Assembly: GCA_016875015.1 (NCBI GenBank) | Contig: VGSJ01000004.1 | Span: 4,084 to 68,083, forward strand | From: Deltaproteobacteria bacterium | Lineage (GTDB): Bacteria; Desulfobacterota; Desulfobaccia; Desulfobaccales; 0-14-0-80-60-11 | DNA: 64,000 bases | Reading direction: 5' to 3' | Part shown: one piece after another, positions 32,047 through 41,054 of the stretch | Layout: the number at the start of each line of letters is the position of its first letter | How positions within the stretch are numbered: position 1 is the stretch's first letter | Position numbers and translations under genes: made by a program | The notes under the pieces: generated by a model | What the model was told of the DNA's origin: nothing | Databases searched by the model: none | The model's input: the letters and a program-made list of their open reading frames with translations, nothing else

Positions 32047-32260
32047 GGTTTGGTAACGCCAACCTTTTTGTCATTTTTTGTCAGGAGAGAAGTTGTCGCT
32101 CTCGAATTTTCAGGAACTGGTGGCGACGTGCACCGAAAAACTCTCCACCATTACTATTAAGGGGAAACCGGCGAATTTTCAAGGGGAATCCCATCACGGG
32201 CGAATTATCCCGCCCCGGAGATTGGCAGGGAGCAATATTTCAGGTTAAAATACTAAAATT

Positions 32261-32989
32261 ATGTTGATTATTCCGGCCATTGACCTCAAAGACGGCAAGT
32301 GCGTGCGCCTGCGCCAGGGGCGGGCCGAGGACGTGACCGTCTTCGGCGACGACCCCGCGGCCATGGGCCTCAGGTGGCAGGCGGCCGGCGCCCAGCTCCT
32401 CCACGTGGTGGACCTGGACGGCGCTTTTTCCTCCCGGCCCCAAAACCTCGATTCCATCCGGCGCCTGCGCCAGGCCCTGACCATTCCCATAGAACTGGGG
32501 GGCGGCATCCGGACCCTGGACACCATGGCGGCCTATATTGAGCTGGGCATCGACCGTCTCATCCTGGGCACCGTGGCGCTCAAGGACCCCGACCTGGCGG
32601 CCCGGGCCTGCGCCGACTATCCCGGCCGCATCATTTTCGGCCTGGATGCCCGAGACGGCCTTCTGGCCGTGGAAGGCTGGACCGAAACCAGTCAAAAGAC
32701 CGCCCTGGACGCGGCCCGGTCCCTGGCGGCGCTTAAGCCTGCGGCCTTCATCTACACCGACATCGCCCGGGACGGGGTCAAACGGGGGGTGAATATCCCC
32801 GCCACCCGGGCCCTGGCCGAGGCCGTGGACATCCCGGTGATCGCCTCCGGCGGGGTGAGTTGTCTCGACGATATCCTGGCCCTCCTGCCCCTGGAGGCCT
32901 TGGGGGTGATCGGGGTCATCACCGGCCGGGCGTTGTACGACGGCAGCCTGGACCTGAAAGAGGCCATCCGCCTGGCCCAGGCCGGTTGA
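32261..32989 (+). CDS. hisA: ProFAR isomerase (histidine biosynthesis)
   Basis: MLIIPAIDLKDGKCVRL, VVDLDGA, GGGIR. 242 aa. Confidence 0.9.
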   Translation: MLIIPAIDLKDGKCVRLRQGRAEDVTVFGDDPAAMGLRWQAAGAQLLHVVDLDGAFSSRPQNLDSIRRLRQALTIPIELGGGIRTLDTMAAYIELGIDRLILGTVALKDPDLAARACADYPGRIIFGLDARDGLLAVEGWTETSQKTALDAARSLAALKPAAFIYTDIARDGVKRGVNIPATRALAEAVDIPVIASGGVSCLDDILALLPLEALGVIGVITGRALYDGSLDLKEAIRLAQAG

Positions 32990-33027
32990 GCGCGGCGCTT
33001 CATAATTACCTAGAACATTTAAAAACC

Positions 33028-33099
33028 GGGGGGGCCCCTTTTTCTAAAGGGGGGTAGGGGGGATTAAACCCTAAATCCCCCTTTAAGAAAGGGGGATTT
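33028..33099. repeat. REP family B composite
   Basis: Sequence ggggggcccctttttctaaaggggggtaggggggattaaaccctaaatccccctttaagaaagggggattt. Confidence 0.8.
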
Positions 33100-33168
33100 A
33101 AAATCGCCTGACGTGGGACCCGCCGGGTCGCCACCACCATGATTCGTGTCGGGCCTTAACCCTAATAG

Positions 33169-35670
33169 ATGCACATGACCTGTTCTGATAATCATAACTT
33201 CCTCCATCGCATCCAGCGGCCCGCCCGCTACCTGGGCCGGGAGATCAACGCGGTCTTCAAAGACCCCCGGGCCGTGGCCCTGCGGGTGGCCCTGCTGTTT
33301 CCCGATCTCTACGAAGTGGGCATGTCCCACCTGGGGCTGGGCCTGCTCTACGGTATCTTGAACCGGGAAGACCACCTCTGGGCCGAGAGGGCCTACGCCC
33401 CGGCCCCGGACCTGGAGGCGGACCTTAGGACCCGGCGCCAGCCCCTGACCAGCCTGGAGTCCGGCACGCCCCTGAGCCGCTTTGACCTGTTGGGGGTGAG
33501 CCTCCAGTACGAGTTGGGCTATACCAACCTCTTGAATATGCTGGACCTGGGCGGGGTGCCGCTTATGGCGGCGGACCGCGACGACAGCCACCCGGTGGTC
33601 ATCGGCGGCGGCCCCGCCTGTTTCAACCCCGAGCCGGTGGCCCCCTTCTTTGACGCCCTGGTCCTGGGCGACGGGGAAGAAGTCATCCTCGAGTTGGCGG
33701 CGCTGGTGGCGGCCTGGAAGGCCAACCGGGGCAGCCGCCGGGAGTTGTGGCAGGCCCTGGAGGGCCTGGAAGGCGTCTACGTCCCGGCCCTGTTCCGGAT
33801 GGATTTCGACGCGGCCGGGGTTCTCAGGGCCATCATCCCCCAGGGGCGCCGGAGTAATGTGGCCAAGCGAGTCCTGGACGATTTGAACCGGATAGCCCTC
33901 CCTGCCTCTCCCCTGGTCCCCTCCTGTCAGATTGTCCACGACCGCCTCAGCCTGGAGATTTCCCGGGGCTGCACCCGGGGCTGCCGTTACTGCCAGGCCG
34001 GCATGATTTACCGGCCGGTCCGGGAGCGGGACCCGGCCGCGGCCCTGGCCTGGGTGGAGGCAGCCCTGGCCGCCACGGGCTTCGAAGAGGTCTCCCTGCT
34101 GAGCCTCAGCATCGGCGACTACGGCCCCCTGGCCGGACTGCTCCAGTCCCTGATGGACCGATTGTCCCCGGCGAAGGTGGCGATTTCGCTGCCTTCCATG
34201 CGCGCCGACACCCTCACCCCGGACATGATGGCGCAGATTCAACGGGTGCGGCGCACCGGGCTGACCCTGGCCCCGGAAGCAGGCAGCCAACGCCTGCGCC
34301 AGGTCATCAACAAGAACCTCACCGACGCGGCCATCATGGACTCGGCCCGGCGGGCCTTCGCCGCGGGCTGGCAACTCCTCAAGCTTTACTTCATGATCGG
34401 CCTGCCCCGGGAGACCCAAGCAGACCGGGAGTCCATCCCGGCCCTGGCCCGGCAGATTCTGGCCGCGGCCCCCCGGGGCAGCCGCCCCCGGCTCAACGTC
34501 AGCCTTTCCAGCTTCATCCCCAAGCCCCACACCCCGTTTCAGTGGGAGCGCCAGGAAGATTTGGAGGAGTGCCGCCGCCGGCTCCACGGAGTCAAGGACC
34601 GGTTGCGCCAGAAAAACATCCAGACCAAGTGGAACTCTGCGGCCCAGACCTGGCTGGAGGGGGTGTTTTCCCGGGGCGACCGGCGCCTGGCGCCGGCATT
34701 GCTGGAGGCCCACCGCCGGGGGTGCCGACTGGACGCCTGGAGCGAACATATGCGGGTGGAACCCTGGGGGGAGGCCTTCCGCGCCGCCGGGGTGGACCCG
34801 GACGTCTATCTGCGGGAACGGCGACTGGAGGAACTCTTGCCCTGGGACCACGTGGACTGCGGGGTGAGCCGGGACTTTTTGCTGGCGGAGCGGGCTCGGG
34901 CCGATCAGGGGCTGGAGACCCCGGACTGCCGCCGCGAGGGCTGCCAGGACTGCGGCGTGTGCGACCCGGACCAGATCAGTCTCAGGCTGGAGGACTCTGT
35001 CGCCCTGCCGCCGGCGCCGCCGCCATCGCCGGCCCCTGGACCGCTTTTGCCCTGCCGCTACCGGCTGACCTACGCCAAGCTGGAGGAAGGCCGCTGGCTG
35101 GGGCACCTGGAGATGGTGGCCTCCCTCTATCGCAGCCTGCGCCGGTCCGGGTTGCCCCTGTCATTCTCGGCCGGATTTCACCCCCTGCCCCGGGTCTCCT
35201 TTTATGACGCCCTGCCCCTGGGGGTGGAGAGCCTGGCGGAGACCATGGACGTGGAACTGGCCGCGTCCGTGCCCGAGGACACGCTCATGTCCACCCTGAA
35301 CCGGGTTTTGCCGCCGGGTTTGAAGGTCCTCCAGGCCTGCCGCCTGACCCGGCGCCTGGCTCCGCCCGGGCAGTACGGCGCGGTCTACCAGGTGGAAAGC
35401 CGGGCCCCGGTTTTTGAGGCGGGGGCCGCGGCGCACTTCCTGGCTCAAGCAGAATTCATGGTGACCCGGCGCCGGCCCAAAGAGGACCAGCGCCTGGACC
35501 TGCGATGCCTGGTGGCCGGGTTGACGGTCCTGGACCCGCTCCACCTGGAACTCTACCTGCGCCGCCAGGAAAAAGGCAACTTCAAGGTGACGGATGCCCT
35601 GGCCGCGATTTTCGCCCTTAGCGGCGACCAGGCGCGGGAACTGCGGATTGTGAAGATTAAAAGCATTTAG
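33169..35670 (+). CDS. Fused radical SAM protein (TIGR03960-like B12-binding/radical-SAM N-terminal part plus TIGR03936/DUF2344-like C-terminal part)
   Basis: CTRGCRYCQAG (CxxxCxxC). N-terminus RPARYLGREINAV..ALLFPDLYEVGMSHLGL. C-terminus WLGHLEMVASLYRSLRRSGLPLSFSAGFHPLPRVSF. Confidence 0.85.
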   Translation: MHMTCSDNHNFLHRIQRPARYLGREINAVFKDPRAVALRVALLFPDLYEVGMSHLGLGLLYGILNREDHLWAERAYAPAPDLEADLRTRRQPLTSLESGTPLSRFDLLGVSLQYELGYTNLLNMLDLGGVPLMAADRDDSHPVVIGGGPACFNPEPVAPFFDALVLGDGEEVILELAALVAAWKANRGSRRELWQALEGLEGVYVPALFRMDFDAAGVLRAIIPQGRRSNVAKRVLDDLNRIALPASPLVPSCQIVHDRLSLEISRGCTRGCRYCQAGMIYRPVRERDPAAALAWVEAALAATGFEEVSLLSLSIGDYGPLAGLLQSLMDRLSPAKVAISLPSMRADTLTPDMMAQIQRVRRTGLTLAPEAGSQRLRQVINKNLTDAAIMDSARRAFAAGWQLLKLYFMIGLPRETQADRESIPALARQILAAAPRGSRPRLNVSLSSFIPKPHTPFQWERQEDLEECRRRLHGVKDRLRQKNIQTKWNSAAQTWLEGVFSRGDRRLAPALLEAHRRGCRLDAWSEHMRVEPWGEAFRAAGVDPDVYLRERRLEELLPWDHVDCGVSRDFLLAERARADQGLETPDCRREGCQDCGVCDPDQISLRLEDSVALPPAPPPSPAPGPLLPCRYRLTYAKLEEGRWLGHLEMVASLYRSLRRSGLPLSFSAGFHPLPRVSFYDALPLGVESLAETMDVELAASVPEDTLMSTLNRVLPPGLKVLQACRLTRRLAPPGQYGAVYQVESRAPVFEAGAAAHFLAQAEFMVTRRRPKEDQRLDLRCLVAGLTVLDPLHLELYLRRQEKGNFKVTDALAAIFALSGDQARELRIVKIKSI

Positions 35671-35720
35671 GAGACTGAAAGCCGCAAGGGCGCGTCTTAC
35701 GCGCCATTCTTGGTGCGTAA

Positions 35721-35820
35721 TACCGTGTTCGTTTTGTAGGGGCGGGTTTGAAACCCGCCCCTACGAGAGATATCAACAGGTTATCTGAATGGTTTGTTTC
35801 ATTTCAAAGGGAACACGGTA
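35721..35820 (+). mobile_element. 100-bp MITE, copy 2
   Basis: Flanked by TAA (35718-35720) and TAA (35821-23). It interrupts the REP hairpin ggtgcgt/acgcacc. Confidence 0.85.
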
Positions 35821-35953
35821 TAAGACGCACCCTTGAAGGGAAATTACCTTTTTGAGCGCAGATTGGTATAAACTGGCGCGTGGAACGCTCCCCAATACAC
35901 CGGCTGAAAGCTGACCGCTGAAAGCTGATAGCTTTTTTCATATAAATAACCAT

Positions 35954-37465
35954 ATGCCCAACTTACTGCTGATCAGCGTAACCGCATGGGACACCCGGGT
36001 GGCTTTTCTCGAAGACGGGCGCCTGGCGGAGTTTTACGTGGAAGGCCGGGCCCAAAACGGGCCGGTGGGGAACGTCTACAAGGGCAGGGTGACCAAGCTC
36101 TTGCCCGGGATGGCCGCGGCCTTTGTGGATGTGGGCCTGGACCGGCCCGCGTACCTGTTTGCGGAAGATGTCATTGCCCAGGAGGATGAATTTTTCCAGG
36201 TCTGGCTCAAGGGGGAGATCGACGAGACCCCGCCCTCGCGGCGGCTCCCCCCCGCCACCATCGGCGATCTGCTTCATGAGGGCCAGGAAGTGCTGGTCCA
36301 GGTGTTGCGGGGACCCGCCACCAACAAAGGCGCCCGCCTGACCACCCACATCAGCCTGGCCGGTCATTACCTGGTGTATATGCCCACCCTGACCCAACTG
36401 GGGGTTTCCCGCCGCATCAATGACGAGCCGGAACGCCAGCGAATCAAGGCCACCCTGGAAGAATTGCGGCCCGCGGCCGGGGGGATCATCGCCCGCACCG
36501 CCTGCCGAGGCCAGAGTCTGGAAAAGCTGACCCGGGAACGGGACCTGCTCATGGGGATCTGGCAGCGCCTCCGGCGCAAAAAGGACCGCGCCCCCTGCCC
36601 CAGCCTCCTGCATCAGGAACTGGAGGCCGCCCGGCGCGTGGTCCGGGAGCTCTATTCTCCCGAGGTGGACCGGGTCATGGTGGATAACCCCGCGGCCTTT
36701 GAGCGCATCGTCGATTATCTGGAAGCCCTCAATCCCCTGGATAAATACCGGGTGGAACTCCATGCCGGGCCCGAGCCCATCTTCAGCCATTTCGGCCTGG
36801 AAATCGATTGGCACAAACTCCTGGCCCCCCGGGTGTGGCTGAAGAGCGGCGGCTACCTGCTCATCGACCCCACGGAGGCCCTCACCGCCATTGACGTCAA
36901 TACCGGGCGCTTCGTGGGCCGCAGCGTCCTAGAGGAAACCATCCTCAAGACCAACCTGGAGGCCGCCAAGGAAATCGCCCGGCAGTTGCGGCTGCGCAAT
37001 ATCGGGGGCCTCATCGTCATTGACTTCATCGACCAGGAAAAGGCAGTTAACCGGGACCTGGTCTACCAGACCTTGTTGGAGGCTCTGGCCCGGGACCGGG
37101 CCAAGACCACGGCGCTGCCCATTTCTCCCCTGGGCCTGGTGGAGATGACCCGGCAAAGAGTCCGGGACAGCCTGGCCCAGACCATCACCGAACCCTGCGG
37201 CGCCTGCGGCGGCCGGGGCCTCACGTTGACCCCCCAAATCCTGGCCTGCGACCTTCTCCGGCAGCTGGCAGCGGAGGCCCGGGAATTCCCCGGCCACCAC
37301 CTGAGCCTTTCGGCGCATCCCCAGGTGATGGCGATTCTTCAGGAGGACGGGGCCGCCCTCCTCAACCGGCTGGCCAAAGAGCACCAGGTAAAGGTGACCC
37401 TGAGCCCCCAGCCCCAATTCGCCCGGGACCACTACGAGATCACCCACGAATGGCCGGGGGGGTGA
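35954..37465 (+). CDS. rng: Rne/Rng-family ribonuclease (RNase G-like)
   Basis: S1 domain GNVYKGRVTKLLPGMAAAFVDVG. Catalytic region TEALTAIDVNTGRF and GGLIVIDFID. 503 aa. Confidence 0.85.
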   Translation: MPNLLLISVTAWDTRVAFLEDGRLAEFYVEGRAQNGPVGNVYKGRVTKLLPGMAAAFVDVGLDRPAYLFAEDVIAQEDEFFQVWLKGEIDETPPSRRLPPATIGDLLHEGQEVLVQVLRGPATNKGARLTTHISLAGHYLVYMPTLTQLGVSRRINDEPERQRIKATLEELRPAAGGIIARTACRGQSLEKLTRERDLLMGIWQRLRRKKDRAPCPSLLHQELEAARRVVRELYSPEVDRVMVDNPAAFERIVDYLEALNPLDKYRVELHAGPEPIFSHFGLEIDWHKLLAPRVWLKSGGYLLIDPTEALTAIDVNTGRFVGRSVLEETILKTNLEAAKEIARQLRLRNIGGLIVIDFIDQEKAVNRDLVYQTLLEALARDRAKTTALPISPLGLVEMTRQRVRDSLAQTITEPCGACGGRGLTLTPQILACDLLRQLAAEAREFPGHHLSLSAHPQVMAILQEDGAALLNRLAKEHQVKVTLSPQPQFARDHYEITHEWPGG

Positions 37466-37467
37466 GG

Positions 37468-37538
37468 CAGGGGTCAGGTTCCAGGTTCCAGGGATCAGGG
37501 GCCAGGAAGTTATCAGTTGCCAGTTGCCGGTGGTCAGT
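37468..37538 (+). repeat. Heptamer-phased tract (YCAGKNN, about 10 periods)
   Basis: CAGG recurs at 37468, 37475, 37482, 37489, 37496 and 37503. CAGT then recurs at 37514, 37521 and 37535. Confidence 0.7.
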
Positions 37539-37604
37539 GTTTAATGAAACGAAGGCGCCTTGGCGCAGTTAAATGTGGGGTAGGCATGGCCCACCATTTC
37601 CTCT

Positions 37605-37657
37605 CGTCCCCAAGCTCCTGCTTGGGGACGCACTCGGACGCCAAGCTCCAGCTTGGC
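37605..37657. repeat. Two REP family C hairpins
   Basis: cgtccccaagctcctgcttggggacg and gccaagctccagcttggc. Confidence 0.75.
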
Positions 37658-37785
37658 AATAGGGATGTTACCTACGGGTTGCCAGCATTGAGCAAAGCAG
37701 GGCATTGCAGCCAAGCAGATTCCCACGTAGGAGATTGGGAACCAGAAGATATGTTTCACTGATATAAATAGGAAGTGGTTAAATA

Positions 37786-38388
37786 ATGCGTGCACCCGCA
37801 GTATGTGATACTTGTGGAACGATATTCCCATCTGACTTTGAAATAGTAGACTCTCTCCATATTTCATTCTCAGGATGTACTTCAGGACATTGCCCTAAAT
37901 GCGCTGGTATCGGACATATTCCAGAGGGTGTTTACAATTTTATTGGTAATACAATAGAACTTTTAAGCGGTCCAAGTCGGACAGTTTCAGAACTTAAACG
38001 TTTGGCAATAATCCTGAGGCAAGCTCGCGAAGAAAGAACCCCACTAGAGCAGGTAAGCAAGAGAATTCAAGAAGAAGTTTCAGAATTATCATCACTCAAG
38101 GACTTCTTCCCGCAATCACGATCAGAACTTTACGCATTCTTAACCATAATTATCACAATAATTGGCCTTATCCTTGGCCAGGTAAAGCGAGATCAGCCTC
38201 CCAAGATTGAAGTAAACCAAGTGCTAAATTTAATCTGCCAGCCGCAAGAGCCAAGTACCACGAAAGGCCCAAGGTCCGAGGTTAAAATTAAAGCGATGCT
38301 AAAAGCGAAGAAAAAAGTTGGAAGAAATGCCCCATGCCCTTGTGGTAGCGGAAAAAAATACAAAAAGTGTTGTCTTGATAAGAAGTAA
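37786..38388 (+). CDS. Hypothetical protein with an N-terminal Cys-rich (zinc-ribbon-like) region, one TM helix and a C-terminal SEC-C motif
   Basis: CDTCGT...CPKCAG, TM FLTIIITIIGLILG, C-terminus RNAPCPCGSGKKYKKCC. Strongly AT-rich relative to its flanks. Confidence 0.6.
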   Translation: MRAPAVCDTCGTIFPSDFEIVDSLHISFSGCTSGHCPKCAGIGHIPEGVYNFIGNTIELLSGPSRTVSELKRLAIILRQAREERTPLEQVSKRIQEEVSELSSLKDFFPQSRSELYAFLTIIITIIGLILGQVKRDQPPKIEVNQVLNLICQPQEPSTTKGPRSEVKIKAMLKAKKKVGRNAPCPCGSGKKYKKCCLDKK

Positions 38389-38442
38389 AGGCTAACAAAT
38401 CAATGCAGATGACTGTTCGGAAGCGCCATGTATAATTAGTTT

Positions 38443-38493
38443 GCCCAAACCAAGCTTGGGCCATAACTGCGTTCCCAAGTACAACTTGGGAAC
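38443..38493. repeat. Two REP family C hairpins
   Basis: gcccaaaccaagcttgggc and gttcccaagtacaacttgggaac. Confidence 0.75.
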
Positions 38494-38603
38494 GAGAATA
38501 AAAAAAAACCTGGTGGGGCGGGCCTCCGTGCCCGCCAACGGAAGGCGGCCAGGGACGGCCGCCCCACCAACATGACGGTAATCAAAAAATCAACCATTGG
38601 CCA

Positions 38604-38648
38604 CCGGCCACTGACCACCAACCATGACCACCGCACCCATTATTTTTG
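38604..38648 (+). repeat. Duplicate of the selB 5' end with its upstream CTGAC-type tract
   Basis: ATGACCACCGCACCCATTATTTTTG at 38624-38648 versus the selB start ATGACCACCGCACCCATCATCTTAG at 38780-38804. Confidence 0.7.
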
Positions 38649-38652
38649 TTCT

Positions 38653-38677
38653 GGTTCCCAAGCTGCGCTTGGGAACC
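38653..38677. repeat. REP family C hairpin
   Basis: Sequence ggttcccaagctgcgcttgggaacc. Confidence 0.75.
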
Positions 38678-38749
38678 CCATTGATTGGCAAAGCTTTGCT
38701 TTGTTGATGTAATCTAATGAGAATAAAATGGTGCGTAGAACGCACCCTA

Positions 38750-38779
38750 CAACTGACAACTGACTACTGACTACTGCCC
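38750..38779 (-). repeat. Heptamer tract (CAGTWGT on the minus strand), inverted relative to 37468-37538
   Basis: The plus strand reads caactgacaactgactactgactactgccc, directly abutting the selB ATG. Confidence 0.65.
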
Positions 38780-40699
38780 ATGACCACCGCACCCATCATC
38801 TTAGGCACCGCCGGGCACATTGACCACGGCAAGAGCGCGCTTATAAAGGCCCTGACCGGGGTTGACCCGGATCGTCTCAAGGAGGAGAAACTCCGGGGGA
38901 TTACCATCGAGTTGGGGTTCGCCGACCTGACGCTGCCCTCGGGCCAGCATCTCGGCATCGTGGACGTGCCGGGGCACGAGCGTTTTGTGCGCCACATGGT
39001 GGCCGGGGCCACCGGCATGGACCTGGTGGCCCTGGTCATCGCCGCGGACGAAGGGGTCATGCCCCAGACCCGGGAGCACCTGGAGATCTGCCAGCTGCTC
39101 CGGGTCAAGCAGGGTCTGGTGGTCCTCACCAAGGTGGACCTGGTGGAGGAGGAGTGGCTGGAGCTGGTGGAGGAGGAAGTCCGGGAGGCCCTCAAGGGCA
39201 CCTTTCTGGACGGCGCCCCCATCGTCAGCTTTTCGGCGGTCACCGGGGCCGGCAAGGAGCACCTGTTGGCCACCCTGGCGACCCTGGCCGCGAGCGTGCC
39301 TCCCAAGCCGGTCACCGGCATTTTCCGGCTCCCCATCGACCGGGTCTTCACCATCAAGGGGTTCGGCACCGTGGTCACCGGCACCGCCATTTCCGGCCGG
39401 GTGAAGGTGGCGGAGGCGGTGGCCATCTATCCGCCGGAGTTCAAGGCCCGGGTGCGGGGCCTCCAGGTCCACGGGCAGGCGGTGGAGGAGGCGTTGGCCG
39501 GGAACCGCACCGCGGTCAACCTTCAAGGGCTGGAAAAGGAGGAGTTGGAGCGGGGCATGGTGGTGGCGCCGCCGGGCGCGCTGATCAAAAGCCGCCGCCT
39601 GGACGCCTTTCTAGAGATTTTGCCCAGCGCCCCCCGCCCTTTAAAACACCGTCAGGCGGTGCGCCTCCACACCGGCACCAGCGAGCGGGTGGCCATGCCG
39701 CTGATCCTGGACGCCGACGAGATGCCCCCCGGGTCCTCGGGCTACGTGCAGTTTTTCCTCCGGGACCCCCTGGCCCTGAAGCCTGGAGACCGCCTGGTGA
39801 TCCGCAGCTTTTCCCCGGCCTTCACCTGGGGCGGCGGCCTGGTCCTCCACGTCAACCCGACCCGGCACAAACGGCGCAACCCCGAGGTGCTGGCGAACCT
39901 GACGACCCTGTCGCAGGGCGCCCCGGAGGACATCCTGCGCCTGTACCTGTCGGAGGCCGGGGCCGCGGGGCGCTCCCGGGCGGAACTGACGGCCCTCTTG
40001 CCCTGGGACCCGGGGGACCTGGCCAACCGGTTGAACGCCCTGACGCGCCAGGGCCAGGGGCTCAATTATGACCAGGAGAATCAGAGGTATCTGTTGGCCG
40101 CCACCGCCCAGGAACTGGAGAGCCAGATACAGCGGCTCCTGACCGATTACCACCGCAAATTCCCGCTCAAGCCCGGCCTGTCCAAAGAAGAACTGCGGCG
40201 GCAGTTGCCCCCCGCCATGGAAGTGCGCCTGTTTAATTATCTCCTGGGGAATATGTCCCAAAAGAAACAGATCGTCTCGGAAAAAGATCTGGTGCGCCTG
40301 GGCACCCATAAAGTGACCCTGGCCCAGGACCAGGAGGACCTATCCCGCCGCCTGGAGGACCTGTACCGCCGGGGCCATTTCTCGCCGCCCACCTTCAAGG
40401 AGGCCACCGAGGCGTCCAAGATCGCCGCGGATAAAGTCAAACAGCTCCTCCAGGTCCTGGTCAACCAGGGCCGGCTGGTCAAGGTGAAAGAAGACCTCTA
40501 TTTCCACCAGGCCGCCATCGAGGCCCTGAAGGCCGCACTCATTGATTTCCTCAAGAAAAACCGGGAAATTACCGTTAATCAGTTCAAGGATCTGACGCAA
40601 ACCAGCCGGAAATTCACCATCCCCCTCCTGGAATACTTCGACTCCGTCCGCACCACGGTTCGGGTGGGAGAGGCCCGGAGGCTGCGGGAGGGCGTCTGA
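38780..40699 (+). CDS. selB: Selenocysteine-specific translation elongation factor
   Basis: [36 protein letters not shown], and a long winged-helix C-terminal extension. 639 aa. Confidence 0.9.
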   Translation: MTTAPIILGTAGHIDHGKSALIKALTGVDPDRLKEEKLRGITIELGFADLTLPSGQHLGIVDVPGHERFVRHMVAGATGMDLVALVIAADEGVMPQTREHLEICQLLRVKQGLVVLTKVDLVEEEWLELVEEEVREALKGTFLDGAPIVSFSAVTGAGKEHLLATLATLAASVPPKPVTGIFRLPIDRVFTIKGFGTVVTGTAISGRVKVAEAVAIYPPEFKARVRGLQVHGQAVEEALAGNRTAVNLQGLEKEELERGMVVAPPGALIKSRRLDAFLEILPSAPRPLKHRQAVRLHTGTSERVAMPLILDADEMPPGSSGYVQFFLRDPLALKPGDRLVIRSFSPAFTWGGGLVLHVNPTRHKRRNPEVLANLTTLSQGAPEDILRLYLSEAGAAGRSRAELTALLPWDPGDLANRLNALTRQGQGLNYDQENQRYLLAATAQELESQIQRLLTDYHRKFPLKPGLSKEELRRQLPPAMEVRLFNYLLGNMSQKKQIVSEKDLVRLGTHKVTLAQDQEDLSRRLEDLYRRGHFSPPTFKEATEASKIAADKVKQLLQVLVNQGRLVKVKEDLYFHQAAIEALKAALIDFLKKNREITVNQFKDLTQTSRKFTIPLLEYFDSVRTTVRVGEARRLREGV

Positions 40700-40893
40700 A
40701 GACCAGGAGGGCCTGGGTATCGGCCTGCGAGCCTATCAGGCCGTGGAAAACCCGCTTTTTGGTCATCCTGAGCCAGGCGTAGGGATTCAACTGACTGAAA
40801 ATGACATATCTTTCCCTCAGTTCCGGGTGACCGGAAAAATCGGTTCTTATAGCGATTGCCAAAAGTTTTCCGCTATGGCACATGCTCCAAGAA

Positions 40894-40987
40894 CCTAAAT
40901 CCCCCCTACCCCCCTTTTCCAAGGGGGGGAACTTAGCGGAATTCCTTTGAAAGTCCCCCTTTGAAAAAGGGTGATTTAGGGGGATTT
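40894..40987. repeat. REP family B composite
   Basis: Sequence cctaaatcccccctaccccccttttccaaggggggg ... ccccctttgaaaaagggtgatttagggggattt. Confidence 0.8.
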
Positions 40988-41054
40988 AAGAACCATCAAT
41001 GGAAAGGAACTTTTGGCAAACGCTATAAATGGCTTGCGGCATAGGGGACCCACC

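Noticed and set aside
32047-32075. Hairpin GGTTGG/CCAACC followed by T-rich sequence upstream of hisA, considered as a terminator
   Set aside because: No plus-strand gene ends upstream of it, because DUF2905 is on the minus strand and starts there. The stem is short and interrupted, so this is probably just promoter-region sequence.
33064-35106. 680-aa minus-strand ORF antisense to the radical SAM gene
   Set aside because: The sequence is Arg/Gly/Pro/Ala-rich and low in complexity, with no motifs. It lies entirely antisense to a gene with clear conserved motifs, which is a typical high-GC shadow ORF.
38436-38636. 66-aa minus-strand ORF between the SEC-C gene and selB
   Set aside because: It is composed almost entirely of REP hairpin sequence (families A and C) and has no coding signal.
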